Shown here: positions 11,504-23,300 of the stretch, piece by piece
Numbering within the stretch: position 1 is the first letter of the stretch
How the letters are laid out: the number at the start of each line of letters is the position of its first letter
Assembly (NCBI GenBank): GCA_013239625.1
Contig: MU054220.1
Coordinates: 8,467,367 to 8,531,366 of the forward strand
Direction of reading: 5' to 3'
From: Lama guanicoe
Lineage: Eukaryota
DNA: 64,000 nucleotides
Translations under genes and position numbers: made by a program
The notes under the pieces: generated by a model
Databases searched by the model: none
What the model was told of the DNA's origin: nothing
The model's input: the letters and a program-made list of their open reading frames with translations, nothing else

Positions 11504-13759
11504 AGACGTAAGGGAAAACCTTCTGTGAAATATATTTCTTTGTCCCTAGTAATAGAGAAAACACACATGAAGAGATCATGTTTCTCCCCCTCCTTTTTTT
11601 TCTCTCTCTCTCTGCCTCCTCTTTTCCCTTGAGTTTCTTGCTATTTCCCTTCTTCTTGCACAGTTATGCAAGTATGTGTGATTTCTGCATATCCAGTGGC
11701 CGCTACATCAAGGTTGAAATTTTCATAGACAGAGTGACCAAATGGTCCGATGTCTCAGATTTCTTGATAGATTAGAGAATGAATTATGTAACTAGATTAG
11801 ATAATAAATTGCCTGTGTTGATAAGCCACTGCTCTTTAGATATTCTGTTAATTATAGCTGACTAGTTCCTAATTCATAAAAGGGTAAACAAATATTGAAT
11901 GTCTACCTGACATTTTGTTTGTTTGTTTCTGGTGAACCATATAATTCCACTTCAGTGTCTTTATGAACAGATGTTACATTTAAACTCTCAGAAAATTAGG
12001 AATTCACTGTATCTGTATCTATTTATTTATGTCTATGGATATATGCCAAAGAGATCGCATTTGACTTGAGAAGTTATTCTTTCCTAGAAGCTGTGCCCCT
12101 ATGAAAGCAGGCAATGCATCAATATCCTTCTAAACAAAAATCTCTCCAAATTAGTTACTTTCAAACAGTAGCAGAAGTCATATTTAGCAATTGCCTTACA
12201 TGCACCAACAATTCCAGAGGGGGAAAAAATAATTTGAAAAATTATAATAAATGGAAAGAGAATTTTTCCCATTTACTTTATGCCATTATTAAAATATGAG
12301 CAGTTACATCGATTATAAGAATAGAAAATTGTAGAAAATTCTAATGTATTGACTAAAGTTATTAGTCTAGTGAATGGACATCTCAATTTGTCTACATAAA
12401 AATAAAATCTTTGGATCTGTGAAATCTGTAGGGAAATTTTTCACCCCCATCATCTCCCCCATTTTACTGTGTTAGTCAAAAATTAAAAAAAAAAACCTGA
12501 TTTTTCTTTTGTAAAAATTCAGATTTTTGAATCCTGATACTGGCTGGCTTGCGGAAGTTTATAAGGTGAAAAGAAATAGAACAGTTTTTAAAAAATGCCA
12601 ACCTTTTCTGCTTATCCCACTCAAATTTTACATCGAATTTTACACTGATCCACAGAGTTGTTTTACCTGATACGCTCAACTGGTAAAAGTACTTGATTTA
12701 AGAGAGTTAACGCTTCGTATCTTCACTTTACACATACACACTGCCCCGCACAGAGAGGCTTCCAGGATATGAGCCACTGACATCTATAAAATAGTATCTC
12801 CCTCCTGAGGTTAGGACGGAATACCATTTTTGAGAACATAAAATGATACAGAGATCCCTCATTGAGTTTTTATTATTTGATTCATTCTTCCTACCTAACA
12901 CGGATTTCATGCACAAAGGATGATGTAATATCACGTGGTTATGAGAAAGTCTGAGTGGGGAAAAAAGCCAAGCTGTATCTACGCAGGCTCCCGTCCCCAT
13001 AGGCAGATGCTCATTTTGTAACGCGATTAGGTTTAACCAATAACAAGATGAGAAGCCCCACACAGTCTCCTTTCAGAGTGTTGTATTTTGATATGAGAAA
13101 ACAGAACACTTTTCGTGCTACGGTATCCCCTAGGTTTTAGGAAACCAGGAAATTACTTAAGGTTTTATGTCTATACTTGTCCAATTTGTTTTATAGCTCC
13201 CAGTTGTCTTGGGGGAACATGTGATCGAGATAGGAATCGAATTCTGAAGCAGCTCCATTTCCTTGTACCTTGTGGGCCTCGAAAATGTTACCTCAATGTT
13301 CCCAGTAAGTGCGCAAAACCAATATATTATTCAACATCAGGATGCAGGTGGACTAACAGTTCCACCAATTGTGTGTGCACAGTTCAGCCATAAATGCAAT
13401 CCATAAATGAGTGCAGCTCAGTGGAGTCCGAAGGAAAAAAGTGATACGGTATCATGTGTTTGGGGTGACACCGTAAGATAGAGTAAAATCTTGAGTAGAA
13501 ATGGACTGTTATCCTTAAGGAACGTTTCCTGTTCCAGGTTTCTCGCCGACTCTACATGTGAAATTAAGCAGGTAGATTGACCAGTTCAAATCTCATTTTC
13601 CTCTGTTGTTCTAGTGAGATTGGAAAAGAGGCTACCATCTCTAGGAATAAGAGTCAATAGCATAAATTCCAATGATAAGCTATGAAAAGCAGTTCACAGG
13701 AAATGTTGAAAAGTTTCCTAAAAATGTTCAGCAGAAGAGCCTGGTGGACATTAAGGTGA

Positions 13760-14100
13760 TTGTCATAACTCCAGGTAAAAAGGGATACCTGAGGTTTTCC
13801 AAAGGTTGTCTGGGGAGCAGAACAGAGGAGTCACGCTGACATCATCAGGAGCCAGAAGTATTGGGTCATAGTTTGGATATCAGGGTAGACGATGAGGATG
13901 GAGCAAGCCATTCCAGGAAGAGAGAGCAGACAAAGGGAGAAGAGCAAAAGACATATTTGATGATTAGTTAATAGGACATTTTAGAGGAACAAAGAGCTTT
14001 ATCAGAGAATGTGGGGGAGAAAAAAATGGACAGGTGGCCTGGAGGAGACAGTCTCCGGGAGGTCTTGAATGTCAAAGTAAAGTCAACATTTTGAGAACAA
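13760..14100 (-). mobile_element. L2 fragment
   Basis: GCCATTCCAGGAAGAGAGAGCAGACAAAGGG...GAGGTCTTGAATGTCAAAGTAAAG resembles L2 body in reverse. Confidence 0.45.
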
Positions 14101-14924
14101 GTCATTCATATTATCTGGCTTCCAATTTATAATACATACAATACACCTTTTCAAGACATAGTATTTCTGAAAAATACTGTGTCTCTCAAAGTTGTTTAAA
14201 ACCATATGACCTTCACAAGGAGGAACATCTGGGAGAAATTTTGGTTTTATAGTGACCACATTCAGAATTAAATTGGACGTAATGATTATATGTATTATTC
14301 TTCAAGTGACACTCCGAGAAAAAAAATAGCCCAATATTTAAAACTAATCTGTTCCAGTGACAGTATTCAGTAATATGCATGTCTTTTCCAAAACAAAATC
14401 TCGAAGCTTCCTTTTTCAAGGAACTGTCAGTGGCTTTGTTAAAGTCAGAAAATGGGATATGATAGATAGATATCAAAGATCTCAGATTAATTTCCTACTC
14501 TTAACTCTTACATCCAATTTTTTTGTCGATTATAAATGTACAGGCTATTTTTCAACCTTGTAGATGTTAAAATTGTCATTTTGGAAACTGAAAACAAAAT
14601 AAAAAAAAACTGTGAGATTTTTAAGTTTTGCCACTTATTTTAAAAACAGAAAATTGGAATTTAGCTATCAATTTAAGTGGTGTGGGTAGCAGGCTGGAAT
14701 TCTGCTCAGTTCCCCCTGGAATTCTTAAGCCTGTAGTGATGACAAGAATAATTTGTTGTGGAAGGAAGCAGAAGAGAAAGGGAAACACACAGGCAGCTAA
14801 TGAGATGGATTACAAGGTGACATCTTGCATGTGACGTTAATTTTTCTGTTCACATTGCATCCCATGACTCTTCATTTGAGCTTTTAATTCTAGTGATAAA
14901 ATAAGAAAGGATGCTGATAATTAA

Positions 14925-15100
14925 ATATATATATACATAACTGATCTAATAAATATGAAGTATTTTACCTCTTTTATATATCTGTTCATATATATTTATA
15001 GCTATATCTTGTATATATATATATATATATATATATCTTTGTATATATCTCTTTATCTCTCTATATATATCTTTGTGTATATATATAGATATAGATATTT
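14925..15100. repeat. (TA)n-rich low-complexity tract
   Basis: Pure TA run around 15012-15036 inside degenerate TATATC repeats. Confidence 0.9.
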
Positions 15101-15929
15101 GTGATACTTTACAGTTAATGGTAAGGGACAAGAGTGTAGAGATAGGCTCTAGGCTGGCATTGTAATTCCATTACTCAGTCATCAAATGGGCACAGGCAGC
15201 AGGGAGTCCATTCTGGTGAAGTCTAATATGACAGGTGGGACAAAGATATGAAAATCTGTATTACAGCAGAGTATTGGAAATAAGGCAAGTGAAAGCCTTA
15301 GGTTAATTCTGCCTATTCATTGTGGACCCTCAGTAAGCTAAGGGGCTTCAGTGAAACTGTTGGTGACATTTCAGGAGAAGGATGAGCAAGACATGAAGCT
15401 TCCAGGCAATCAACCAGTCAATCAATCAATCAGTCAATGGGCTTGGGAAAAATTTTCATCTCCAAAGTAGACTAAAATGGAATATGTACGGAGACCAGAT
15501 TGTGGTTCAGTTTTTCACATTACATCCGATCAACAAGGGGACTGTAGTCATCCTGAGATTCAGTGGGCATGTAAGGAGGACCTCAGTCCTGGCTACTGGA
15601 CATGAAGTCAAAAACAAGGCCATCGTAAGGAGGACCGATATGCCCATACTCTCTCAGTCTGTGTCTGCAGTGGCACAGAAACTGAGTGTGGCTCCGTGTA
15701 TCTATGAAAGACACCAGTGAACCCATGTAAGAAGCACTGAGCTAAAATGCCTGTATCACACAGATTTTAAAAAGTAAGACATCTTTTATCCACCAATTTT
15801 AAATATGCCTCAGTAGTATTTTTATTTCTTTACTGGGCTCACAAACACATATAAGAATATACAATACTGTTTACCCTTTCTGTCCTCTGCAGACCTCCTG
15901 ATTTCTCCTGTCCATCCCCACTGGGGAGG

Positions 15930-16390
15930 GAGGCAGCATGTAAACATGGAAAGAAACTAGACTCGTGTTAGACAGACTTCAGCTTTGACTTTCAGCCCTG
16001 GTACTCGTTGGCTGTGAAAGCTTAAGGAGGGTTAAAAAATACCCAGTATTTATTGGAAACTAGTGTCTGGCTTTGTTTCTGATAGTAGCTAAAAATCATC
16101 CTAGCGCCATTAAAAGGAAGGTGCCGTTGTCCCTGAGAAAACTTGGACACAGAAGAGCATGAACTTGCCCCAAATGACATAGCTAGAAAGTGACAGAGCC
16201 GTGCTGAACCCGGAGTCTCCTAAATCTAGGGCACCCTTCACTGTCTCTTCACTTCCTGCTTTTTTAGTCTTAAGAAATCTGTGTCTCAAGTTCTTCTTAT
16301 GTATAAAATGAAAGCAATGATGGTCACTTCCTCAAAATGCTGTATGGACTGAATAAGATAATGTGCGTAAAAAATATTGGCAAAACACTA
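15930..16390. mobile_element. MIR cluster: a + strand MIR split by a - strand MIR
   Basis: + MIR head (GAGGCAGCATG...CTCGTTGGCTGTGA) 15930-16030; - MIR (GAGAAAACTTGGACACAGAAG...AACTTGCCCCAAATGACATAGCTAGAAAGTGACAGAGCC) 16040-16250; + MIR core (TCTGTGTCTCAAGTTCTTCTTATGTATAAAATG) 16270-16390. Confidence 0.65.
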
Positions 16391-17254
16391 ATTCCTTCCC
16401 CAAGTTTTTCTGCCAATGATATAATCTCTAGACATACATGCAAAATTCACTAAGGAATCTGCTATTCAAAGTTCCCCTTGAGGACCTTTAAGAGACGTTC
16501 CTTTTTGTGAAGAAGGTTGCACTAGCTTAGCATTTTTAATTTTGGGATCCTGTGTATTGTATATTTTTAGAGTTGGAGTCAAATTAGCACTCAAACTCTG
16601 AGGGTACTCTTTAAAACGATGCATTCAAAACAACTCGGAATTTTATTTGAACCGTCCGTACTGTCTGTATCTTGTTTCAGATTACACACTTGAAAACATT
16701 TTTGACATTATCTCAGTTTCTACTCTAAGGAAATATTATTTCTCCTGTTCTCATTTGGCAAAGACTATTGAAATATTGAAATAATTATATCACTTGTGCT
16801 ATAATTATGAAATTGCTCCTTTTGTGTCTGTCTCAAAATTTGATATTGTTATTGATTGAGGGTGCTCCGTTGTGAATTCAAAATGCACTTGAAATCTCAT
16901 TTTATGAAGATATGTAATTATTTTACCTTTCTGCTTCTAGCTATCTGATGATGGCGAGCCCGGGTGCATATCTTATATTCATTTTGCAACCTGTTATGTT
17001 AATAGCAGTGCCTTTTGTCCCTAATTGCAATGATTTCCTATGTGCCCACTTTGTATTGAATTTGACTTTTTTTGACATTGAAATTCCTTTTGTTTTATTC
17101 TTGACCATAGCTGTAACCTCTCTGTAGGTCAGAATATTCATCTTTCATTCCGTCAAGTGTATGTATCCTCCTCAAAGGCATTCTTAACCAGGAATGGTAA
17201 TGAATATAACTTTTCCACTTCTTAACCTTAGTTGTTGAGTCAGTCGTGAAATGC

Positions 17255-17317
17255 CATGAGCTCCACTGATTTTTCAGCGTCTTTCCAGGAATATGTCCGA
17301 TGCCCTCCATCCACCAT
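17255..17317 (+). repeat. 63-bp dispersed direct repeat, copy 1
   Basis: CATGAGCTCCACTGATTTTTCAGCGTCTTTCCAGGAATATGTCCGATGCCCTCCATCCACCAT; 62/63 identical to 17927-17989. Confidence 0.95.
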
Positions 17318-17926
17318 TCTGAGATTCTGGTTAATTCAATGCTCAGAAGCAAACAAGCAGGAGATGTACAAACAGCCCAGTAGAAGATTTTCCCATTTAC
17401 AATTCAGCTTTCTGTGTCATTACTTTTAATTTTACGAAGTCTTGAGCATGTAGGCAATGAATTAAAATGCTGTTGTCTCCATGGGGCTTCCTAAAATGAT
17501 AAATCATTTCTCTTAAATCATTGTAAATTAAAACATTTAAGACCCTCTGCGGTATAGACATTTCGTGGAAGTATTCATTTAGGAATGCACAGCCTTCTCT
17601 AATGGCTTCAGACCATTCGTTTAGCTTCCCTTTGATAAGTGACAGTCTCTTTTGTCCTTAGAACAAGTCCTCAACCACATTTTTCCAACAGGTGCATTAG
17701 TGCTGGAAGACTGTCAGGTGGATAATGAGAATTCAGCGACTTGAGAAGGCATGTCATTTTTCTGAGAATGATGGAAAGTCATTTCCCACCTCTTTCCCAG
17801 GGTGGATGTCTTATTTTCCTGCCAATCTCCCAGCATCATATTAGTCACACTTTGCTTGATCTGGTCAGATTCATCAAATAAATGATTTTTATCAATTAGG
17901 TGACAGTTTATATTGTCCTAACTTGT

Positions 17927-17989
17927 CATGAGCTCCGCTGATTTTTCAGCGTCTTTCCAGGAATATGTCCGATGCCCTCCATCCACCAT
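17927..17989 (+). repeat. 63-bp dispersed direct repeat, copy 2
   Basis: Same sequence as 17255-17317 with one A/G difference. Confidence 0.95.
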
Positions 17990-18769
17990 GGCAACTCAGT
18001 GAGAGATGCAGGAGTTCTGATGGAATCACCGATGCCTAGAAAAGCTTTCTTCCATTAGGATAACTGTAGTTCAGTCTGTAGATGTTTAACACAGGGATCA
18101 GCTCATTCAGGAAGCGCCACTCGCTTTGTCTATCCAAACCCACCCACACTCTCAGAATGAGGATGCCCAGTTTTCATTTCTGTCCCCTGAAGCACTCTAT
18201 GTGCACACCTGTCACAGCGTTTCACACAGTTTGAGAACTTGTCCCTCTCCCAAACTAAATTGCAACCTCAAGGAGAAACTTTAGTTTTGTATGTAAAAAA
18301 GAAAATCATCTGAGGCCAAGAGAAGTGACATTTCAGTCTATTTACTAGAATGAGGGCTTTTTCACACCCATTCTGTTCTGATAAACCAGTAAGTTATTTA
18401 ACACCTGCTTTCAGGAAGGTGCTCATTGATTACTTACTATTTTTCATTTAATATTTTTCTTTATCTTCTGGTACAATGTACCAAATGTGTGTTCCAACTC
18501 TTCAACTGACAGCTTTGTATCTGTCTTGTATGACTTCATTCATTATCCTCTGATTATTCCTTTTGTTATAACAGTATGTTCTTGTTTTATATGTGAAATA
18601 CCTTTTGCTGTAGCTTAGAAATGAACATGGAAATTGGAACTGGAGAATTGTTAGTTCTGTGAGGAATGGCATCAGTAGGAAACTACTCAATTGTGTCATC
18701 AACCCTATTGAGATTTTTTTTCAGATTTGTTGAAGATTTTAAAGATAAATTTTTGAAGAGATCTAAAAA

Positions 18770-19300
18770 TATCAGAATGAATAAAAAACAAAGGACAAAT
18801 GTTAAGTGGAAACTTCTAAAGGAAAGGACATAATCACAACATATTATTCAACCCACAAGTGGTTAGTATAATAAATTTAATACAATACTAGATAAATGTT
18901 ATAATTTAATCAATATAATAAAATACTGAATATTGAGTTTATCAATATATAATGTAATCATATGGGAAGGATTGAGAGAAGAGACATGAATATGGGAGTG
19001 GAAATAAAAGAGCTAAACTCTAAAAAACTAGTGAAGGGGAGACACGTAGAGATAATGTCTAAAACGGAAGAAAAATCAGTAAGTATGTCTTTAAGCATCA
19101 GATTTACCATTGTTGGTATCAGAAAAAAAACACTTTAAATCGTTTTTTAAAATATTGAACTATTCAGAGAGGGTGCCTAGAGGGTGTGAAACAGGAGACT
19201 AGACTGGTATTAAAGAGAGAGAAAATCTGTTAAAAAGTCTTGTAAAATATATGAATAGTCAAATGATCATTTGTATAATTTTATAACCATTGTTTTAATT
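18770..19300 (+). mobile_element. Old L1 (L1MC/ME-type) 3' fragment
   Basis: A-rich, with GGGAGTGGAAATAAAAGAGCTAAACTC...GTAGAGATAATGTCTAAAA resembling an old L1M 3'UTR. Confidence 0.4.
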
Positions 19301-21379
19301 AAAAATAGGCATCTAATGTTTATGACAAAATATTTTAGAGTTTAGTTCAAAACGTAAGTTTTATAGTGTTAAGAGTAAACTGAGTTATTCGGGAGGTATA
19401 TTAGACAGATCAGCCTAATTTCTGAAATCTAATCTGTATCTATTATATCCCATGTAAATGAGAAACTAGAAGATAAGTAAGAAATAAAACTTCCCCTTGG
19501 ACCTTCTCGTCTGTTTGGGTGTGTATGTGTGTTAAGTGTATTTCATGTTAGTGGAAGAGAACAAGCATGCAAATATCTAACCACGTTAAAAGTAGAAAGA
19601 AATGAATAATTCAGAGAAGGACAAGCAATGTCATAAATCCACAGCAGTGACAAAATGCCCTCAGTGCTTATGAAAGCAAAACTGTTTCTCTTGTTTTGCC
19701 TCTTGTGCTCAGTACAATTTAAACATGTCTTTCTGTTACCTTTTCGATTTTTTTTCCCCCACAATCACATGTTGTCCTTCAAGACTTTATTTTATCCCTA
19801 CACTCATTACGCCTCTGCAGGTGAGGCAGACACAGCCACTGAACCAACTTCTATCTTCCAAAGAAATACGTGACAGCTACAAAGAAGCAGGTGTATTTTC
19901 TGTCATCTAATTTTCCCTGTCCTTTGTGTATGGCCAGTTGAAATATGTGGTTTTTGCAGCTTAGGGAAGTGCTTTTGATTCAAAGACACGTCTTATAAAT
20001 AGCACACATATGTAACAGGAGAACGAGTATAGGAGGTGGAAGATATGAAGGGGAAAAAAAAAATCCAAGGCAACATTTTGGATCTGAATGATAGCAAGAG
20101 AAAAAAGTGCCTTCCCCGACTACATTCCCAAAAGTGAGGTCAATGTTGTGTTTGAAAGTCATTCATTGTTTACATGTATTTTGTTTTGATTTTGGATAGT
20201 TAAACTCTTCCCACAATATTTCTCATCCACCTCTGCGCTTTCTTATCTCTTCTCATGCCCCTCCCAGACCCCTCATTTCTTCTCTCATTTTCTTTTCTGC
20301 TTTTTCTCCTTATTTACCTCTCCCCTCCTCCTTCCTTTGCACCTCCACCAACACTTCCACCAGACAGTGATGCTTCTGGACATTGGAGTAATAGGGACAC
20401 TGGAGAATTTTCAGCTCCTTTGGTGGCAGTCTGCTAAATTGCCACTCTGAGCTAGAGCTTCTTCCCAGAGAACTAGTGCGAGACGATATATATATCCGCA
20501 TGTGACACACCTGCCATCCTCCTTAGACTAAGTGAAGATAATCCTTCTTCCGATGACAGCCCGCTGATGAGTATTCCCAGGTCCAAGATGCACCCCAGAT
20601 TCTCATTAACCTGATTAAACCTGTGGTACCTGACATTTTTTTTCTTCCTTTGATCAAGTTGTCACTATCTGTTTGGATATTCATCTTTTTTTCCCTCTGT
20701 TATTTACTATCTAAGATGTCTCACAAATAGAGAGAAGCAACACAAGTCATGTTGCTATAATCTTTTCTGGTGCCCTTGCTTCTTTCACATGTCAAAAGCT
20801 ACAGCATCGTCGACAAGTTTGAGATCTAAGAGTGTAATTAGGACTTCCTAGTGTCTCAAGTCATTTGTGCAGAACATGTGGAGATTTATGGTGTTCAAGC
20901 AGCAAGATTAAGAAGGGCATGTGCTGACTGATGAAATAGAAATATTCTTTACCCTCACGGGAAGTCTCAGCCACGCTGCTGTGGGATGCTTTCTAACAGG
21001 GGTGACCTACATGAAGTGCAAACTCAAAGTCTTGCGGCATCCATGCTGCATTAAAGATCAGTTGCACAAATTCAGTAGCCGTGTTCCTACTAATGTTCAA
21101 AGTGCAGGTCATTTTCAGGTCACTTTAAATATTTCAATAATGCAGGACAGAGAATGTAAGACAAAGATTAGAATTTGACTTGCTTTCACGGTACCTTCGA
21201 CCCTTGTTTTTGACACATGCTTGTTTTGTTTATTGCTTTTTTGTGTTTTCATAGAGGGATGGCGTACACAGAATTCAATTAATTATCATCCCAGGATCAT
21301 AATGCATTATCATAATTAGATCACATACTTGTCTTTTTAATTGTTTAACTTCTGTGTCTCTTTGTTCAGCTGTGTATTT

Positions 21380-22400
21380 CAATTTATATATTTAAATATG
21401 TATTTATTCACACAAATATTTTAAATAATCGCATGAACATTGGTGAAACTGATGTGCCTCAAGTTGCAACATTACCAATAACTTGCATCTAGGCATGATT
21501 CCCTTTTCTTACCCACTTGGCGCCACCAAGTGGAAACGTGTCCTTAATTTGTTTAACATTTGCTTGATATTTCAGTGTATTTTTATCACATACATATATT
21601 TCTTGGTTTTGCTTTTTAAAAAACAGTTATATAGTCTTAGGTGACTTGCTTTTTTGTTTTACATTATGACTTTAAAATTCCTATTTTACATTGAACATTA
21701 ATTCAATAATATTCGTTGCTGTGCATAAATATGCAAATTGATTATGTCTCCTGTTAATAGACCTTTGTGCCACTTCCACATTTATTGCTACTAAGAACAA
21801 TGGATTTTCATAAACATATGCTTATGTACATATCTCATATTATATACCTATATCATAAACGTATCTCATTGTATACAAACACCACAGTTTTTCTGAATAC
21901 AAACTTGGAAGCAGACTAGCGGAGTCAAAGGGTATGTGAATATTCAAATTTAAGAAATAATGCCAAAGTATTTTTGAAATTGCTTGTACTAACATCAATT
22001 TTTAAGAAAACCATATGCCCACTAATATTTTGCATTATCTCAAAAGTTCCAATTGAATGGATATAAAATGGTTATTAATAAACTTTAACACTTCTTCATA
22101 GGCTCATGGGCCACTCATACTTTCTCCTTTGTGAAGGGCTTACTGGTATCTGAACGTTCTCTGCTGAGTTGTTTATATTACTATTATTTACTTGTGGAAA
22201 CATGTCTGTGTCTGTGTGTAACTGTGTCAGTTCGGTGTGCCTCTGCTGTCTTCTCTAATTAATAGTCCATCTTTATGTTTTGTTTAATGCACTTTTGATT
22301 AATGGAAGTTTTGAGTTTTTTTTTTAATATAGGAACATTTTCTTTTTGTGGTTAGCTCTTTTTCTATCTTGATTAAGAAATCCTACTTATAGCAATATAA
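21380..22400 (-). mobile_element. Old L1ME-type fragment
   Basis: T-rich, with AAAGGGTATGTGAATATTCAAATTTAAGAAATAATGCCAAAG and TTCTATCTTGATTAAGAAATCC typical of reverse L1ME. Confidence 0.6.
21515..21536 (-). promoter_or_regulatory. Candidate CTCF site
   Basis: Reverse complement of 21520-21533 is CCACTTGGTGGCGC, one mismatch from the CCASYAGRKGGCRS core. Confidence 0.45.
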
Positions 22401-22419
22401 TAATATATCTTTAAAAATT

Positions 22420-23300
22420 AGCCGTCACTTGGTTTTTATCAAGGTCATTAAAGTGATTCAATAGGGAAAGGAAGTTTTTTCAACAGGTAGTGTCGAGAAA
22501 ATGTCATATTGAAAAACAACAGAAGAAAACTTTGACTCTTTTTTTTTTTTTGGTGGGTTCTGTCAAATAATGTTTTAATTCCATTATATAGTAAACTATT
22601 TCAGAAAAATCAATCCAGCCCCATGTTAGAAGAATGTACATAGTAACATAGCTGATTTTATCTCCCAAAATGCAAGAATGGCATCATATTGAGAGATTAT
22701 TAATATAATTCTTCACATCAGTTGGTCAAAAAAGAAAAACTATATGATTATTATAAAATTCATTAAATCATTATAGATTATAACAAATCTTGGAAAATGA
22801 AGAAGACTAACACCTTCTTGCAATAAAAATCTTCTCAGATTTTCCATGTCAACATCTTTTTATTAACTTTCTTTTATATTGAGTTATAGTCATTTTACAA
22901 TGTTGTGTCAAATTCCAGTGTAGAGCACAATTTTTCAGCTATACATGAACATACATATATTCATTGTCACATTCTCTTTCGCTGTGAGCCTCCACAAGAT
23001 CTTGTATATATTTCCCTGTGCTACACAGCACAATCTTGTTTATCTCTTCTACATTTTGAAACCCCAGTCCCTTCCCACGTTGACTCCTTTTTCACACTAT
23101 AGGACATAGTTATTTTGAGATGTATCATAGATCCAAATATGAAAACTAAAGCTATATGACTTCTACAAGAAAACAGGATAAATACTCACAATCTGGGGGT
23201 AAGAAAAGTTTCTCAGGGAAAACACAGAAAGCAATAACAGTAGAAGTAAAATAATGTTAAAATAACAAAAATTGTATAATGATAATGAAAAATTTTTAAT
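22420..23300 (+). mobile_element. Old L1 ORF2 fragment (host), interrupted at 22539-23086 by a younger insertion
   Basis: ATTCAATAGGGAAAGGAAG...TTCAACAGGTAGTG...TTTGACTC then CTTTTTCACACTATA...ATCATAGATCCAAATATGAAAACTAAAGCTATA; reads as colinear L1 ORF2 once the insert is removed. Confidence 0.75.
22857..23079 (-). mobile_element. Young camelid-type L1 3' end, 5'-truncated
   Basis: T-rich tail then ATTGAGTTATAGTCATTTTACAATGTTGTGTCAAATTCCAGTGTAGAGCA...TTTCCCTGTGCTACACAG; related to the other young L1 ends in the window. Confidence 0.85.

Noticed and set aside
16921..17130. Good splice acceptor (TTTTACCTTTCTGCTTCTAG) followed by a hydrophobic reading frame
   Set aside because: No convincing donor, the hydrophobicity is explained by T-richness, and I do not recognise the peptide.
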